Of a stretch of 64,000 nucleotides of DNA, positions 63,358 to 64,000 are shown piece by piece; position 1 is the first letter of the stretch, and every line of letters begins with the position of its first letter. The stretch comes from a virus. Under the pieces are notes generated by a model. The model saw nothing but the letters and a program-made list of their open reading frames with translations, was not told the DNA's origin and did no database searches. The translations under genes and the position numbers were made by a program. The stretch is from the IMG/VR virus record IMGVR_UViG_3300030099_007267, positions 4,624-68,623 of that record; one strand, 5' to 3'.

Positions 63358-63933
63358 ATGTCACAAATTCCACAATTAATGGGTGAGCGTGCCTTAGAGC
63401 ACGGGATTGCAATGGCCGTCGATCACGGAGGCGGAAGCTCTTCTAAAATGTATGTTGGTGGACAAGCTCATGCACAAGTGGCAGCTAGTTCAGCACTTAC
63501 CAATGATGCTGACCCAAAAGAACTGAGCGAATATAAAATACCAGCAAATGCTCTTGTTGCAGGATCCACGATTCGTGTTCGTGCTGCGGGAATAGCTACC
63601 GCCTACAACTCTGGAAATCTGACCATCACGTTGAAACTTGGATCTGAAACGATTGCTAGTAGTGCGATAACTCCTAGTCAAGATGACATTTATGACTTTC
63701 AAAGCTTGATACAAGTTCGAACTTCTGGAAGCACTGGGACTGCTGTTGGTATCAGTAACTTTAGAGTTAATGCTCCAGCCGACCAGTCAACAGGAAGCTT
63801 GAAAGCCTCATTTACGCTAGACACAACGGCTAAAAATTCTTTGCAACTTGTTGCAGAATGGGGGGCAGCACATAGTGGAAACTCCATTCGTTCTGACATT
63901 TTCGTAGTAGACATCGTAAATCCCGAAACCTAA
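63358..63933 (+). CDS. putative virion structural protein
   Basis: IPANALVAGSTIRVRAAG..LTITLKLG..LDTTA motif; AGGAG RBS; TGCTATAAC upstream. Confidence 0.7.
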   Translation: MSQIPQLMGERALEHGIAMAVDHGGGSSSKMYVGGQAHAQVAASSALTNDADPKELSEYKIPANALVAGSTIRVRAAGIATAYNSGNLTITLKLGSETIASSAITPSQDDIYDFQSLIQVRTSGSTGTAVGISNFRVNAPADQSTGSLKASFTLDTTAKNSLQLVAEWGAAHSGNSIRSDIFVVDIVNPET

Positions 63934-63970
63934 AGTTACATATCTCTGGACAAAACAATACAAGGAGTGT

Positions 63971-64000
63971 ATGTTTAAGGTAACTTGGGGGTACGAATGG
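63971..64000 (+). CDS. start of next gene (truncated)
   Basis: AAGGAG RBS then MFKVTWGYEW. Confidence 0.5.
   Translation, partial: MFKVTWGYEW

Noticed and set aside
1-64000. Alternative genetic code and antisense shadow ORFs
   Set aside because: Standard-code genes tile the window, including a 15-kb ORF; the short antisense ORFs mirror real genes.

Overview
This window looks like most or all of a circularly permuted tailed-phage genome (Caudoviricetes, podovirus-type tail and ejection genes, standard genetic code). Layout: end of the late operon with a RecU-like resolvase and seven tiny Lys/Arg-rich genes (1-3.8 kb); a replication/modification arm with MT-A70, SF2 helicase, TOPRIM primase-VirE, several XRE-HTH proteins and a C5 methyltransferase (3.9-14.8 kb); an AT-rich candidate origin at about 15.06 kb; an HNH gene; an accessory island at 16.67-24.40 kb; a recombination arm (DnaQ, second MT-A70, PD-(D/E)XK nuclease, AAA_24 ATPase); then terminase, portal, scaffold, capsid, tail, ejection proteins and a 5,092-aa polyvalent protein. 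No DNA polymerase, integrase, tRNA, CRISPR array or clear endolysin was recognised. The most unusual part is the 16.67-24.40 kb island. It holds five promoter-bearing gene cassettes separated by nine elements with conserved inverted ends (GAYAGTCY...RGWCTRTC) and sequence-variable but base-paired interiors. It also carries 13 copies of a palindromic GGWCA-N5-TGWCC box, a roughly 290-nt structured RNA candidate, and a C5-DNA methyltransferase fused to a GP88-like Cys-triad domain. All family calls come from motif recognition by eye; no searches were run.
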